Positions 1 through 8,761 of a stretch of DNA of 64,000 nt are shown piece after piece. Both the position numbers and the translations under genes were made by a program. Positions within the stretch are counted from its first letter, which is position 1, and every line of letters begins with the position of its first letter. The notes below the pieces were generated by a model that saw only the letters and a program-made list of their open reading frames with translations, was not told where the DNA came from and did not search any database. Source of the stretch: a virus; IMG/VR virus record IMGVR_UViG_3300029455_000002, positions 1 to 64,000 of that record. The stretch is one strand, 5' to 3'.

Positions 1-91
1 AGCGGCAACCAACACCGGAAACTGGTCAGCGGCAACCAACACCGGAATCCGGTCAGCGGCAACCAACACCGGAGACTGGTCAGCGGCAACC
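1..91 (+). repeat. 27-bp tandem repeat, about 3.4 copies (AGCGGCAACCAACACCGGAAACTGGTC)
   Basis: Units at 1-27, 28-54 and 55-81, plus a partial unit at 82-91. Copies differ at 2-3 nt. The repeat lies in the open frame that continues into ORF 116-304. Confidence 0.9.
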
Positions 92-304
92 GTAGAAGGA
101 AAAGAGAGCGTTGCAATGGCAATTGGACGCAATTCCAAAGCAAAAGGGTCTATTGGATGCTTTATTGTAATTGCTGAATGGAAGGAATTTGAAGACGAAA
201 CATACCATATTGTAGATGTGAAGTCTGCGAAAGTAGACGGAGCAAAGATAAAACCTGATACATTTTATAAACTTGTAAATGGAGAATTTATTGCAGAAGA
301 GTAA
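2..304 (+). CDS. hypothetical phage protein, 5' end outside the window, with 9-aa repeats (SAATNTGxW)
   Basis: Frame 2 is open from position 2 through the ATG at 116 to the stop at 302-304. The repeat translates in frame. Confidence 0.45.
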   Translation, partial: AATNTGNWSAATNTGIRSAATNTGDWSAATVEGKESVAMAIGRNSKAKGSIGCFIVIAEWKEFEDETYHIVDVKSAKVDGAKIKPDTFYKLVNGEFIAEE

Positions 305-436
305 AGGTTTGGCTCCACAGGTACCGACATACCGCATGGAGCCACGTATCTAACTTAGTTTAGGTAAGTTAAATACAGGACAAGTATAACACACCTTCCT
401 GTATTTATCAAATAAATAATTAGGAGGGCATTTTTT

Positions 437-625
437 ATGTCAAAAACACACATCCAGAACACAGAAACATCAACACTTGCAAGTGAGATCATTTCCGACC
501 TTGAGAAAGAAAGAAAGAAACTTAAAGCCGAAAACAAGAATCTCAGAGAAACAGTCGTAACACTCGGTTTGATGCTGACAAAGATTTTGAAAGAGGGTGA
601 TACACAACATGAAGATGCGAGATGA
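437..625 (+). CDS. hypothetical coiled-coil protein
   Basis: 62-aa ORF with RBS AGGAGG 7 nt upstream. The sequence is charged with heptad-like spacing. Confidence 0.4.
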   Translation: MSKTHIQNTETSTLASEIISDLEKERKKLKAENKNLRETVVTLGLMLTKILKEGDTQHEDAR

Positions 626-1226
626 GAACCAGGTACTTTTATCTGGTGACATTCCGGCAGGGTTCGTGTTCTCACATGAAGAATACGGCGGAACCAAGAT
701 GTATGAGGGAAGAATGACAATATTCAGAAAGAGCACATCTTATGACATTCTTCCGATTATTGTGCCGGAATATATGATTTCAAGAGAAACAGAGCTAATT
801 GCCAGCGTATATGGTGAAATGCGAAGCCGTACAGTCCGGGAAGATGGTAAGAAAAGCCTTACAGCGTATGTAAGAGCAACGAACATTCAGTATCTTGAAA
901 GATTGGAAGAACATGATGCAAACGAAGTTTACCTGACCGGATATCTGATTAAAAAGCCAACAATAAAGATGATTGGTGCGAACAATGACAGAAAGTTGGC
1001 AAGAATACTTCTGGCGGTAAACAGAAAGAAGAAAGCCGGATATACCAGATCAGACGCAATCAGTTGTTTGTGTTGGGAAGAAAACGCAGATGCCGTAGAG
1101 AATCTAAAAAAGGGAACGAAAATCAAACTCTTCGGAAGATTCCAGAGCCGGGAACTCTGGTCTGATCAGAGTCAAGAATGGGTAACAGCATTAGAGGTAT
1201 CGGTAAAGAGATTGGAGATTTTGTAA
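597..1226 (+). CDS. hypothetical protein (possibly an OB-fold ssDNA-binding-like protein)
   Basis: 209-aa ORF directly upstream of the ATPase and RecT genes. The SSB-like idea rests only on position and loose sequence pattern. Confidence 0.3.
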   Translation: MIHNMKMRDENQVLLSGDIPAGFVFSHEEYGGTKMYEGRMTIFRKSTSYDILPIIVPEYMISRETELIASVYGEMRSRTVREDGKKSLTAYVRATNIQYLERLEEHDANEVYLTGYLIKKPTIKMIGANNDRKLARILLAVNRKKKAGYTRSDAISCLCWEENADAVENLKKGTKIKLFGRFQSRELWSDQSQEWVTALEVSVKRLEIL

Positions 1227-1227
1227 T

Positions 1228-3255
1228 ATGAAAAAAATCGAAGTAAGAGAGATTAGATTGACCGATTTTAAAGGTCAGCCGGAAAAGAAAATAGAGTTTG
1301 GACACAGAACAGTAGTTTCCGGGAAGAACGGATGTGGAAAAACTACACTGGCAGATGCTTTCATGTGGGTGTTCTGTGACAAGGACTACAGTTTAAAGAG
1401 CAACCCGGATATCAGACCTGATGATGGTAGAGAATGTCTGCCAAGAGTCGATATTGACCTTGTAATTGATGGGAAGCCGGTAAGCGTAGCAAAGTTCCAG
1501 AAACGCACAGAAAGCAAACCAAAGGACGGGAAGCCGGGCAAGGTTGCATTATCCAACAAATACGAAATCAACGGTGTTCCGAAAGCCGAAAGAGATTTTA
1601 AAGCCGATCTGAAAGAACGAGGGTTTGACTTTGATAATTTCCTTATGCTGTCTCATATGGAAATCTTCAAAGACCTGAAAGATGCAGATGCCAGAAAGAT
1701 TCTGTTTTCTATGTCAGATGGTGCCGGGAAATCAGATTTAGAGATTGCCAAGACGGTTCCAGATTGTGCCGAGTTAGTACCTCTTCTGGAAACCTACAAG
1801 GCAGATGAAATCAAAGCCATGAACAGTGCAACACTGAAAAAAGCAGAGGAACAGTTAAAAGCTATTCCAAACCAGATCATCGGTATGGAACATTCAAAAG
1901 TTGATGCTGATGTCGCGGAACTGGAATTGCAGAAAAATGCCTTGCAGGAAAAGATTTCTGACCTTGAAAAGCAGATTGCACAGGCGGGAAACGAGCGTAT
2001 TAAAAAGCTCAGAGAGGAACTTTCAGGATTAGGCGTTCGGAAATATTTTTTCGAGTCAAAAGCATATGAAGAAGTCTCAACGAAAAAAACTGCAATTCAA
2101 ATTAAAATCAATGAGTTGGAGTCAGAAAGGAATCTGAAAGCAACCGAATTAAACAGAAAGACTTCTACTCTGGAAAGCCTGAGAACACGCAAGAAAGAGC
2201 TACTTGAAAAATTACAGAATGCCAGAACGCAATATCCTAAAATCAAGGATGCAGAATGGGACAACACAGTTCTGGAAAATATTGAATCTGAGACATTCAA
2301 TGATGCAGAGGCCATTTGCCCGACTTGCGGTCAGAATCTTCCACCTGAGCAGATTGAACAGTTAAAGAGCAGATTCGAGCAGAAGAAGCAGGAAAGAATC
2401 AATCAGCAGTTAAAAGCCAAGGAAGAATGGGAACAGGACAAGAAACGCAAACTTGATGAAGTTATTCAGGCTGGCAACAAAGCGTCTGCCGACATGAAAG
2501 AAGCACATAAGCAGGAAGAAACTCTCACATCTGAGATTTCCAAACTGACAGATGAATTAGAGAAGATCATAGCTTCTTTGGATGCAGGAAACAAGAATGT
2601 GGAATCCATACCAGAAGCCCCGGACTTCTCAGGGAATGCCGAATATCAGCAGATTCTTACAACAATCAAAGAGAAAGAGCAGGAACTTAATTCTCTGGAC
2701 GATGGCGAAGAAGTGAAGAAGCAGCTTTTGGAACAGTTATCCGGCAAGAAACAGGAATTGGCAGCAGTTAATCAGAGAATCGGAGAAGCCAACAACAATG
2801 TCCGAATTGACGAGCAGATTGAGAAACTTCAGGAAAACCAGAAACAGTACGCACAGAATAAAGCTGACGCACAGATGATTCTGGACGAATTAAAATCACT
2901 GAGCATGGCGAAGAACACAGCCCTTGAAGATGCGGTAAACCAGTATTTTGACGGGGTTAAGGTAAAACTGTTCGATACGCAGAAAAACGGCGAAGTTGTA
3001 GATGCGTGTATCTGGTACGTGCAGGACAAGGACGGTAACTGGAAGAAATTAATCGGGAATGCCAATACAGCTCTTATGATGAAAGGGAAAATTGCCATCA
3101 TGGACGGTTTGCAGAAGTTTTACGGCGTGAATTATCCGATATTCGTAGACTGTGCAGCAGAACTGGACAACAGCAGTCTGGCAGGAATTAAGGCAGATGC
3201 GCAGTTGATTTTCTTGAAAGTTGCTGAGGGGGATATGACGGTAACGGAAGTTTAA
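1228..3255 (+). CDS. SMC/Rad50/SbcC-like AAA ATPase of the recombination module
   Basis: N-terminal Walker A GKNGCGKTT, a long central coiled coil with a CPTCGQ zinc-hook-like motif, and a C-terminal Walker-B-like IFVDCAAELD. Confidence 0.8.
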   Translation: MKKIEVREIRLTDFKGQPEKKIEFGHRTVVSGKNGCGKTTLADAFMWVFCDKDYSLKSNPDIRPDDGRECLPRVDIDLVIDGKPVSVAKFQKRTESKPKDGKPGKVALSNKYEINGVPKAERDFKADLKERGFDFDNFLMLSHMEIFKDLKDADARKILFSMSDGAGKSDLEIAKTVPDCAELVPLLETYKADEIKAMNSATLKKAEEQLKAIPNQIIGMEHSKVDADVAELELQKNALQEKISDLEKQIAQAGNERIKKLREELSGLGVRKYFFESKAYEEVSTKKTAIQIKINELESERNLKATELNRKTSTLESLRTRKKELLEKLQNARTQYPKIKDAEWDNTVLENIESETFNDAEAICPTCGQNLPPEQIEQLKSRFEQKKQERINQQLKAKEEWEQDKKRKLDEVIQAGNKASADMKEAHKQEETLTSEISKLTDELEKIIASLDAGNKNVESIPEAPDFSGNAEYQQILTTIKEKEQELNSLDDGEEVKKQLLEQLSGKKQELAAVNQRIGEANNNVRIDEQIEKLQENQKQYAQNKADAQMILDELKSLSMAKNTALEDAVNQYFDGVKVKLFDTQKNGEVVDACIWYVQDKDGNWKKLIGNANTALMMKGKIAIMDGLQKFYGVNYPIFVDCAAELDNSSLAGIKADAQLIFLKVAEGDMTVTEV

Positions 3256-3280
3256 TAATTATCAGAAAAGGAGAATAAAA

Positions 3281-3517
3281 ATGGCAGAAACTTATGACAT
3301 TTCAAAAGCAACAAAAGCACAGGAAAAATATTGCACAGAAAAAGGTTATCCGCATTTTGCACCGCATAGTGGAAAATGTTTCAGTTGCGGACAGAATATC
3401 TATTCTGAAAAAGGACGAACAAGAAGCGGAAAAGAGTGGAATGGAATTTCTGTTGAGAGAGCATCAAAGGAATTAATTACAGGATGTCCATTTTGCAATA
3501 GAACTTATTGCGAATAA
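3281..3517 (+). CDS. zinc-ribbon protein
   Basis: 78 aa with CxxC pairs (CFSCG ... CPFCN) and a good RBS. Confidence 0.5.
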   Translation: MAETYDISKATKAQEKYCTEKGYPHFAPHSGKCFSCGQNIYSEKGRTRSGKEWNGISVERASKELITGCPFCNRTYCE

Positions 3518-3535
3518 TAGAAAAGGAGAATTGTT

Positions 3536-4483
3536 ATGGCAAACAAAACACAGTTAGCAACAGCAGGAGAACAGCAGGCAGCAGTTGTAATCAATAATTC
3601 GTTCATTGATGGACTGACCAAACAGCTTGAAGAAAAATGCAAATATGGTCTTTCTTTTCCGAAAGACTATAACCTCAGCAATGCACTTATGGGAGCTTAT
3701 CTGGTTTTGAAAGAAACAAAAGATAGAAACAATAAACCAGTTTTGGAATCTTGCACATCTACTAGCATAGCAAACAGTCTTATGAATATGGCAACTCTTG
3801 GTTTGTCAGTTCAGAAAAAACAGGGCTATTTCATTAGTTATGGCAATCAGTGTCAGTTCCAGAGGTCTTACTTCGGAAACATTACAATCGCCAGAAGATA
3901 TGGAATGAAAGATATCCATGCCGAGATCATCTACGATGGTGATAAGTTCAAATATCATATCGAAGATGGAAACAAGGTTCTGGATTCTCATGAACAGGAT
4001 TTTATGAACATTGACAACGATAAGATTCTTGGGGCGTATGCAGTAGTTCTGATGGAAGATGGAACAAAGCATCTGGAAGTAATGAACATAAAACAGATCA
4101 AACAGGCTTGGTCACAGGGCTATGGTTACAAGGAAAACGGAAATGGAACACATCAGAAATTTACTGACCAGATGGCAAAGAAAACAATTATCAATCGTGC
4201 ATTAAAGCAGATTATCAATAGTCATGGTGATGTTTTCATTCAGGAAGTTGAGGAAGCCACAGAAGAAATTCCAAAGCAGGACATTATTGAACATGAAGTT
4301 GCTTATGAAATCGAGCAGAACGCCAATGCTGAAGAATTTATCCCAGACGAGCCGGCAGCAATCGAAGAACAGCCTAAACAGTCAACAGTCGCAGAAGTCG
4401 TAAAGACTGCCGAGAAAGAACCAGTTCCGGCAGCAGGACAGGAATCAAGCATCCCAGATTTTATGAAGCCAGAAGAGATGTGA
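3536..4483 (+). CDS. recT: RecT-family single-strand annealing recombinase
   Basis: GLSVQKKQGYFISYGNQCQFQRSYFGNITIARRYGM...AEIIYDGDKF matches the RecT core pattern, followed by an acidic tail. The gene ends in TGA. Confidence 0.8.
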   Translation: MANKTQLATAGEQQAAVVINNSFIDGLTKQLEEKCKYGLSFPKDYNLSNALMGAYLVLKETKDRNNKPVLESCTSTSIANSLMNMATLGLSVQKKQGYFISYGNQCQFQRSYFGNITIARRYGMKDIHAEIIYDGDKFKYHIEDGNKVLDSHEQDFMNIDNDKILGAYAVVLMEDGTKHLEVMNIKQIKQAWSQGYGYKENGNGTHQKFTDQMAKKTIINRALKQIINSHGDVFIQEVEEATEEIPKQDIIEHEVAYEIEQNANAEEFIPDEPAAIEEQPKQSTVAEVVKTAEKEPVPAAGQESSIPDFMKPEEM

Positions 4484-4489
4484 TCGCAT

Positions 4490-4672
4490 ATGATGTACTT
4501 CGACTGCATCAATTTCGACCGATGTGACTGCGGTAAGTTCGGTCACGGTATGACTCAGATCGGGCGGTGTGAAAACTGCCCGTACTATGAGTCGGTAAAA
4601 GACTATTTCGAGAAACGAGGTGAGAACTATGAGGATTATATCGCAGAACGGAAAGATAAATCTTCCGTATGA
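4490..4672 (+). CDS. small Cys-rich protein
   Basis: 60-aa ORF with several Cys pairs. Confidence 0.4.
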   Translation: MMYFDCINFDRCDCGKFGHGMTQIGRCENCPYYESVKDYFEKRGENYEDYIAERKDKSSV

Positions 4673-4865
4673 AATGACAGCGTTGCTTGTTTCAGACAAC
4701 TACATACAGGCGGTATTTACCGGAGGAATACAGCAGAGTCCATATGTGATGGCAATGTACTCGACACAGGATAAGTTACTGAGCGTATTGGATGCGCTTG
4801 ACGAAAAATTCATTGTAAGCAGAGGTGATGGGATATTCAGCTTTCCAAAGGATGGTGAAGTATGA
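4629..4865 (+). CDS. hypothetical protein
   Basis: ATG at 4629 preceded by GAGGTGAG. The ORF track starts it at GTG 4620. Confidence 0.4.
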   Translation: MRIISQNGKINLPYEMTALLVSDNYIQAVFTGGIQQSPYVMAMYSTQDKLLSVLDALDEKFIVSRGDGIFSFPKDGEV

Positions 4866-5062
4866 AGAGAGTAGACAGTAAGAAAGACTGGGAGCAGATA
4901 ATAACCATTGAACTTCCGTTGAAGCAACTCAAATTAATACGAGACAGTATGTACAAAGTAAGCTATTCAGAGTTAGAGAGCATAAACGGAAATGATATCC
5001 CATATGCCTATTCCGATTTAGAGAAAACCATAGGCGAAGCTGATGCTATCTTAGAAGCATAA
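4862..5062 (+). CDS. hypothetical protein
   Basis: 66-aa ORF whose start overlaps the upstream stop (ATGA). Confidence 0.4.
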   Translation: MKRVDSKKDWEQIITIELPLKQLKLIRDSMYKVSYSELESINGNDIPYAYSDLEKTIGEADAILEA

Positions 5063-5093
5063 ATGCAATGTACAGAAAGCGAGGTGATTCAAA

Positions 5094-5841
5094 ATGTTCA
5101 TGAGAGTGATAAACACAGGCAGTCAGCCTGGAAACTGCTATGCGCTTAAATCCGAATCCGGCGAAATCGTACTTTTGGATTGCGGATGTAGATACTCGGA
5201 AATCCTGAAAGGAATTTCTTATAGGATATCGGACGTTTCGGGGTGTTTAATAAGTCATGAACATGGTTGATTAAGGTGACCATAAGAAGTCGTACAAAGA
5301 AATATTGAACGCAGGCATTCAAATTTACACTAACGACGAGACAGTTGAGAGTGTAAACGCAATCTCTGGTGAGCTGATGATCGGATTGCCAGAAAAGAAA
5401 CCAAAGGACATAGGTTCATTCCGGGTAACGCCGTTCTATGTCCCGCACGACAATACACCAAACTTTGCATACCTGATATCTCACGAAGAATGCGGACGGC
5501 TGATATATGCGACAGACTTCTCATATTTGCCGTTCACATTCAAGAGCATGAGAATAAATCACTTCCTTATAGAATGCAATCATCTGGATGAATCGCCGGA
5601 GCAGGATTCGTTTAAGTATGAACACTCTATCCGGGGGCACAGCAGTTTATCTACTGTAAAAGAGATTATTCGAGTGAACAAGACCGCTTCGCTCAGGACT
5701 ATAACGCTGTGTCACCTGTCAGAGGGATGGGGAAATCCGGAAGTGACGCAGAAAGAGATACAGGACGTTGCAGGAGATGATGTTCTGGTGCAGATTGCAA
5801 GACCGGGACTGGATGTTGATTTGAATTTATGCCCGTTTTGA
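5094..5841 (+). pseudogene. MBL-fold (metallo-beta-lactamase) hydrolase/nuclease, split by a 10-nt stop-containing insertion in the HxHxDH motif
   Basis: ATG 5094 (RBS GAGGTGA) reads ...GCLISHEHG and then TGA at 5268. The +1 frame continues DHKKSYKEIL into ORF 5305-5841. Removing 5268-5277 gives a 245-aa ORF containing SHEHGDH. Confidence 0.75.
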
Positions 5842-5852
5842 AAGGAGAAAAA

Positions 5853-6419
5853 ATGGAAATTGATAAATCAAAATTAAAGTTGGGAATTTGGTATGAGGAT
5901 GAAAACGGAAATTTAATTAAGCCAGAAGATGATTTGGCATGTGAAGCACCAGAAGGAGCGAGAACGTACCATTCCTGCTTTCCGTTAGAAATAACAGAAC
6001 ACGTTTATGTAGTGCATGGCAAAGCTGAGAAAGAAGCGTGCAAGCACAAACGGAAATATTGGAAAAAGGATACAGGTCTGATAAGGGGATTAAAAGGCCA
6101 TATATGCACTAATTGCGGGTGTAGCCAAACAAGAAAGTGGTGGCAACCATGGGGAAGAAAATGGGATTATGGAACGGGTACTACACCACTTATTGACTTA
6201 CATACAAGTATTGGAGGTGGAAATCAAGATGTCATAATGGCAATGGTAAACAGCGGAGATTATACACTACAGGAAGCACTCGTTGTTTATTCTACGGCCT
6301 GCGAAAGATGTATGAATGTGCTTGCGTACAAGTATTTGAATGGAACGGATGGGTACGAAGAATATTCAGATGAGTGGAAAAAATGCAATACTGAATGCGA
6401 TTTTTGCAAGAATAGTTAA
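5853..6419 (+). CDS. Cys-rich hypothetical protein
   Basis: ATG 5853 follows AAAGGAG. The protein has several CxxC motifs (CTNCGC, CERC, CDFC). Confidence 0.5.
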   Translation: MEIDKSKLKLGIWYEDENGNLIKPEDDLACEAPEGARTYHSCFPLEITEHVYVVHGKAEKEACKHKRKYWKKDTGLIRGLKGHICTNCGCSQTRKWWQPWGRKWDYGTGTTPLIDLHTSIGGGNQDVIMAMVNSGDYTLQEALVVYSTACERCMNVLAYKYLNGTDGYEEYSDEWKKCNTECDFCKNS

Positions 6420-6595
6420 ATTGAGATTCACGAACCATACAGGGAGGAAACAAAATGAAACAGTGGACAGAAGAAGAACTTATTAATGACGGAAACAGAT
6501 TAAGAAATGCTGAAATTACGATTGAAAAGGAGTGATGCCGGGTGGGTCATAGATTAGATTTGGGATGGTGGCAATGATTGAGTTATAAAATAGAA

Positions 6596-7264
6596 ATGAA
6601 GGGAAAAAAGTTTGGGAAATTAACTGTTATTGAATATGCAGGGCAAAAATCAAGAAGACGTACAATGTGGAAGTGTATATGCGATTGCGGAAACATCGTT
6701 GTAGTTGACGGAACACATTTGAGAGATGGACATACAAAATCATGCGGGTGTTTAAGCATAGAACGCATATCAAAATTAAACTACAAAAATGGGCTTGCTA
6801 ACACAAAACTTCAATATACATATAATAACATGAAAAATAGATGTTATCGTGTGAAGGGTCGAAATTATAACAATTATGGAGGAAGGGGAATAAAATTATG
6901 CGATGAATGGAATGGAAAAGATGGGTTTGAAAATTTTTGTAGATGGGCTTGTAAATCAGGCTATAAAGATGGATTGACGTTAGACCGAATGGATAATAAT
7001 ATGGGGTATTCTCCAAACAACTGTAGGTGGGTTGATAGATACACTCAAGGGAACAACAAAAGAAATAATAGATTTGTTAAAATCAACGGAGAAATCGGGA
7101 CTGTAGCGAATATGGCAAGAAAATATAATGTAGGATATTGGAATTTAATAAGATACTCGAAAGGTGGAAAAAACGCAAAATATCCTGATCTTAAAATTAA
7201 GGTAGTGAGTAATGAAGAATTACAAGAATATCGCACGAATCAAATCAATAGACAAAAGCAATAA
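6596..7264 (+). CDS. HNH-type homing-endonuclease-like protein
   Basis: N-terminal GKLTVIEY...WKCICDCGN...SCGC zinc module, plus GGRGIKLCDEW...LDRMDNNMGYSPNNCRW typical of phage HNH endonucleases. Confidence 0.55.
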   Translation: MKGKKFGKLTVIEYAGQKSRRRTMWKCICDCGNIVVVDGTHLRDGHTKSCGCLSIERISKLNYKNGLANTKLQYTYNNMKNRCYRVKGRNYNNYGGRGIKLCDEWNGKDGFENFCRWACKSGYKDGLTLDRMDNNMGYSPNNCRWVDRYTQGNNKRNNRFVKINGEIGTVANMARKYNVGYWNLIRYSKGGKNAKYPDLKIKVVSNEELQEYRTNQINRQKQ

Positions 7265-7805
7265 AAAAAGATTATTAAAAGTAAATCCAAACCTAGATGA
7301 TGAAAATGGCATATATATATTATGGCGGACAGAAATTCACGGATACATCGGGCAAACGAAACAAGGAATATTGACAAGGCTTTCCCAACATATGTCTGGG
7401 TATAAGCAGCATATTGATCTTTCACTTAAAAAGCATGGACTATATTCAGCAGACAATAAGGGAGGGTATAAAATTGATTTCATTCATTGCCCGATATCTG
7501 AATTGGACAACAAAGAAAAAGAGTATATCCGAAAGGCTATTGATTCTGGTTGGATTGTCAAGAACAAAACTGGAGGTGGGCAAAACGAAGGAAAAGAAAA
7601 AATTGCTGAGTATAAACCGCCAAAGACATATATGCAAGGCATACAGCAGGGGAAGAAAACTCTTGCCAGAGAGCTGTCACATATCATAGACACGCACTTG
7701 CAAGTTTCGCTGAAACCAGAGAAGCAGGGTAACAAAGTATCAATCCGGGCTTTTGAAAAGTTTCAAAATTTGATTGATGAAAAAACATATGAAAAGGAAT
7801 CATAA
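7212..7805 (+). CDS. GIY-YIG nuclease-domain protein (homing-endonuclease-like)
   Basis: NGIYILWR...GYIGQTKQGILTRLSQH...EKEYI matches the GIY-YIG motif spacing. Confidence 0.65.
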   Translation: MKNYKNIARIKSIDKSNKKRLLKVNPNLDDENGIYILWRTEIHGYIGQTKQGILTRLSQHMSGYKQHIDLSLKKHGLYSADNKGGYKIDFIHCPISELDNKEKEYIRKAIDSGWIVKNKTGGGQNEGKEKIAEYKPPKTYMQGIQQGKKTLARELSHIIDTHLQVSLKPEKQGNKVSIRAFEKFQNLIDEKTYEKES

Positions 7806-7807
7806 AA

Positions 7808-8065
7808 ATGGATAATTTTAGACATCGGAAACATATGGAATGGAAGCAGAATCGCCGGGATATTTATTATTTTATTTTAAAATACTCAAAATCACATAAA
7901 GGCACACCGCCGACAAGAATTATATCTGATGAACTGGAAATTAGCATGACAGCCGTTCAAAGGCATCTGAGACAGTTTGAGGACGATGGATTGATCGTAT
8001 TTCACGGAACTGGTTCGCACAGGACATATGATTTGGTAGGAGTAAAGAAACATGAAGCTGTATGA
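7808..8065 (+). CDS. winged-helix DNA-binding protein
   Basis: 85 aa. ISDELEISMTAVQRHLRQFEDDGLIV is an HTH-like segment. Confidence 0.5.
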   Translation: MDNFRHRKHMEWKQNRRDIYYFILKYSKSHKGTPPTRIISDELEISMTAVQRHLRQFEDDGLIVFHGTGSHRTYDLVGVKKHEAV

Positions 8066-8309
8066 CGTATATGACGGAATGAAATATATTGGAGAAATGA
8101 CCATTGATCAGATTTCAGAGCTGACAGGAAAAACAAGAAGCCAGGTATCAAGAGCAGTTTATTCAGCCTGTCTGCTCGATGAAAGATATGCGATTGTGTA
8201 CGATGGGCGGGACACAATCTGCAAATCAAATAAAAACGATATGAAAATGCTGATGGAGTTTGATGCTCTGGCAGGCAAAATAAGGAGGGCTGTTGGATGG
8301 GAAAATTGA
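8052..8309 (+). CDS. HTH-containing hypothetical protein
   Basis: TIDQISELTGKTRSQVSRAV is an HTH-like segment. Confidence 0.4.
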   Translation: MKLYDVYDGMKYIGEMTIDQISELTGKTRSQVSRAVYSACLLDERYAIVYDGRDTICKSNKNDMKMLMEFDALAGKIRRAVGWEN

Positions 8310-8761
8310 AGATCAAAAAGCCAAAAATCCAAAAGAACTCAATCCCGGCGCCACTTAATGTAACCAATTTTACAATGGAACAGATATCCAGACAGACCGG
8401 CGTAAGAATTGAATCTCTTAAAGCATATTTGAACGCCAGAGAACAGGAAATCAAAGAGCAGCTTATCAAAGAATCACAGGAAAAGCTGTGGAAAGCAGAA
8501 GATTATATTGCTGTGGCAAATATTTTAATTTCTGTTATCGCAATCAAGAAAGCATGGGGATTCAAGAAAGCAAACCAGAATTTCATTGATAAGATTACCG
8601 AAGCTGAAAGATATGTTGAGGAAGTCGGTGTTGAAGCAGCATACAAGGAAATTAAAGAAGAAATGGGTTTGCAGATTGAATTTGATTCTTTTGATATTAA
8701 CAAGGAATTTGGGTTTGGAGAAAGCGAGGTGATGCCAGATGCAGAAACAGTTAATAATTGA
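8297..8761 (+). CDS. hypothetical protein
   Basis: 154-aa ORF in the operon, overlapping the starts and stops of its neighbours. Confidence 0.4.
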   Translation: MGKLKIKKPKIQKNSIPAPLNVTNFTMEQISRQTGVRIESLKAYLNAREQEIKEQLIKESQEKLWKAEDYIAVANILISVIAIKKAWGFKKANQNFIDKITEAERYVEEVGVEAAYKEIKEEMGLQIEFDSFDINKEFGFGESEVMPDAETVNN

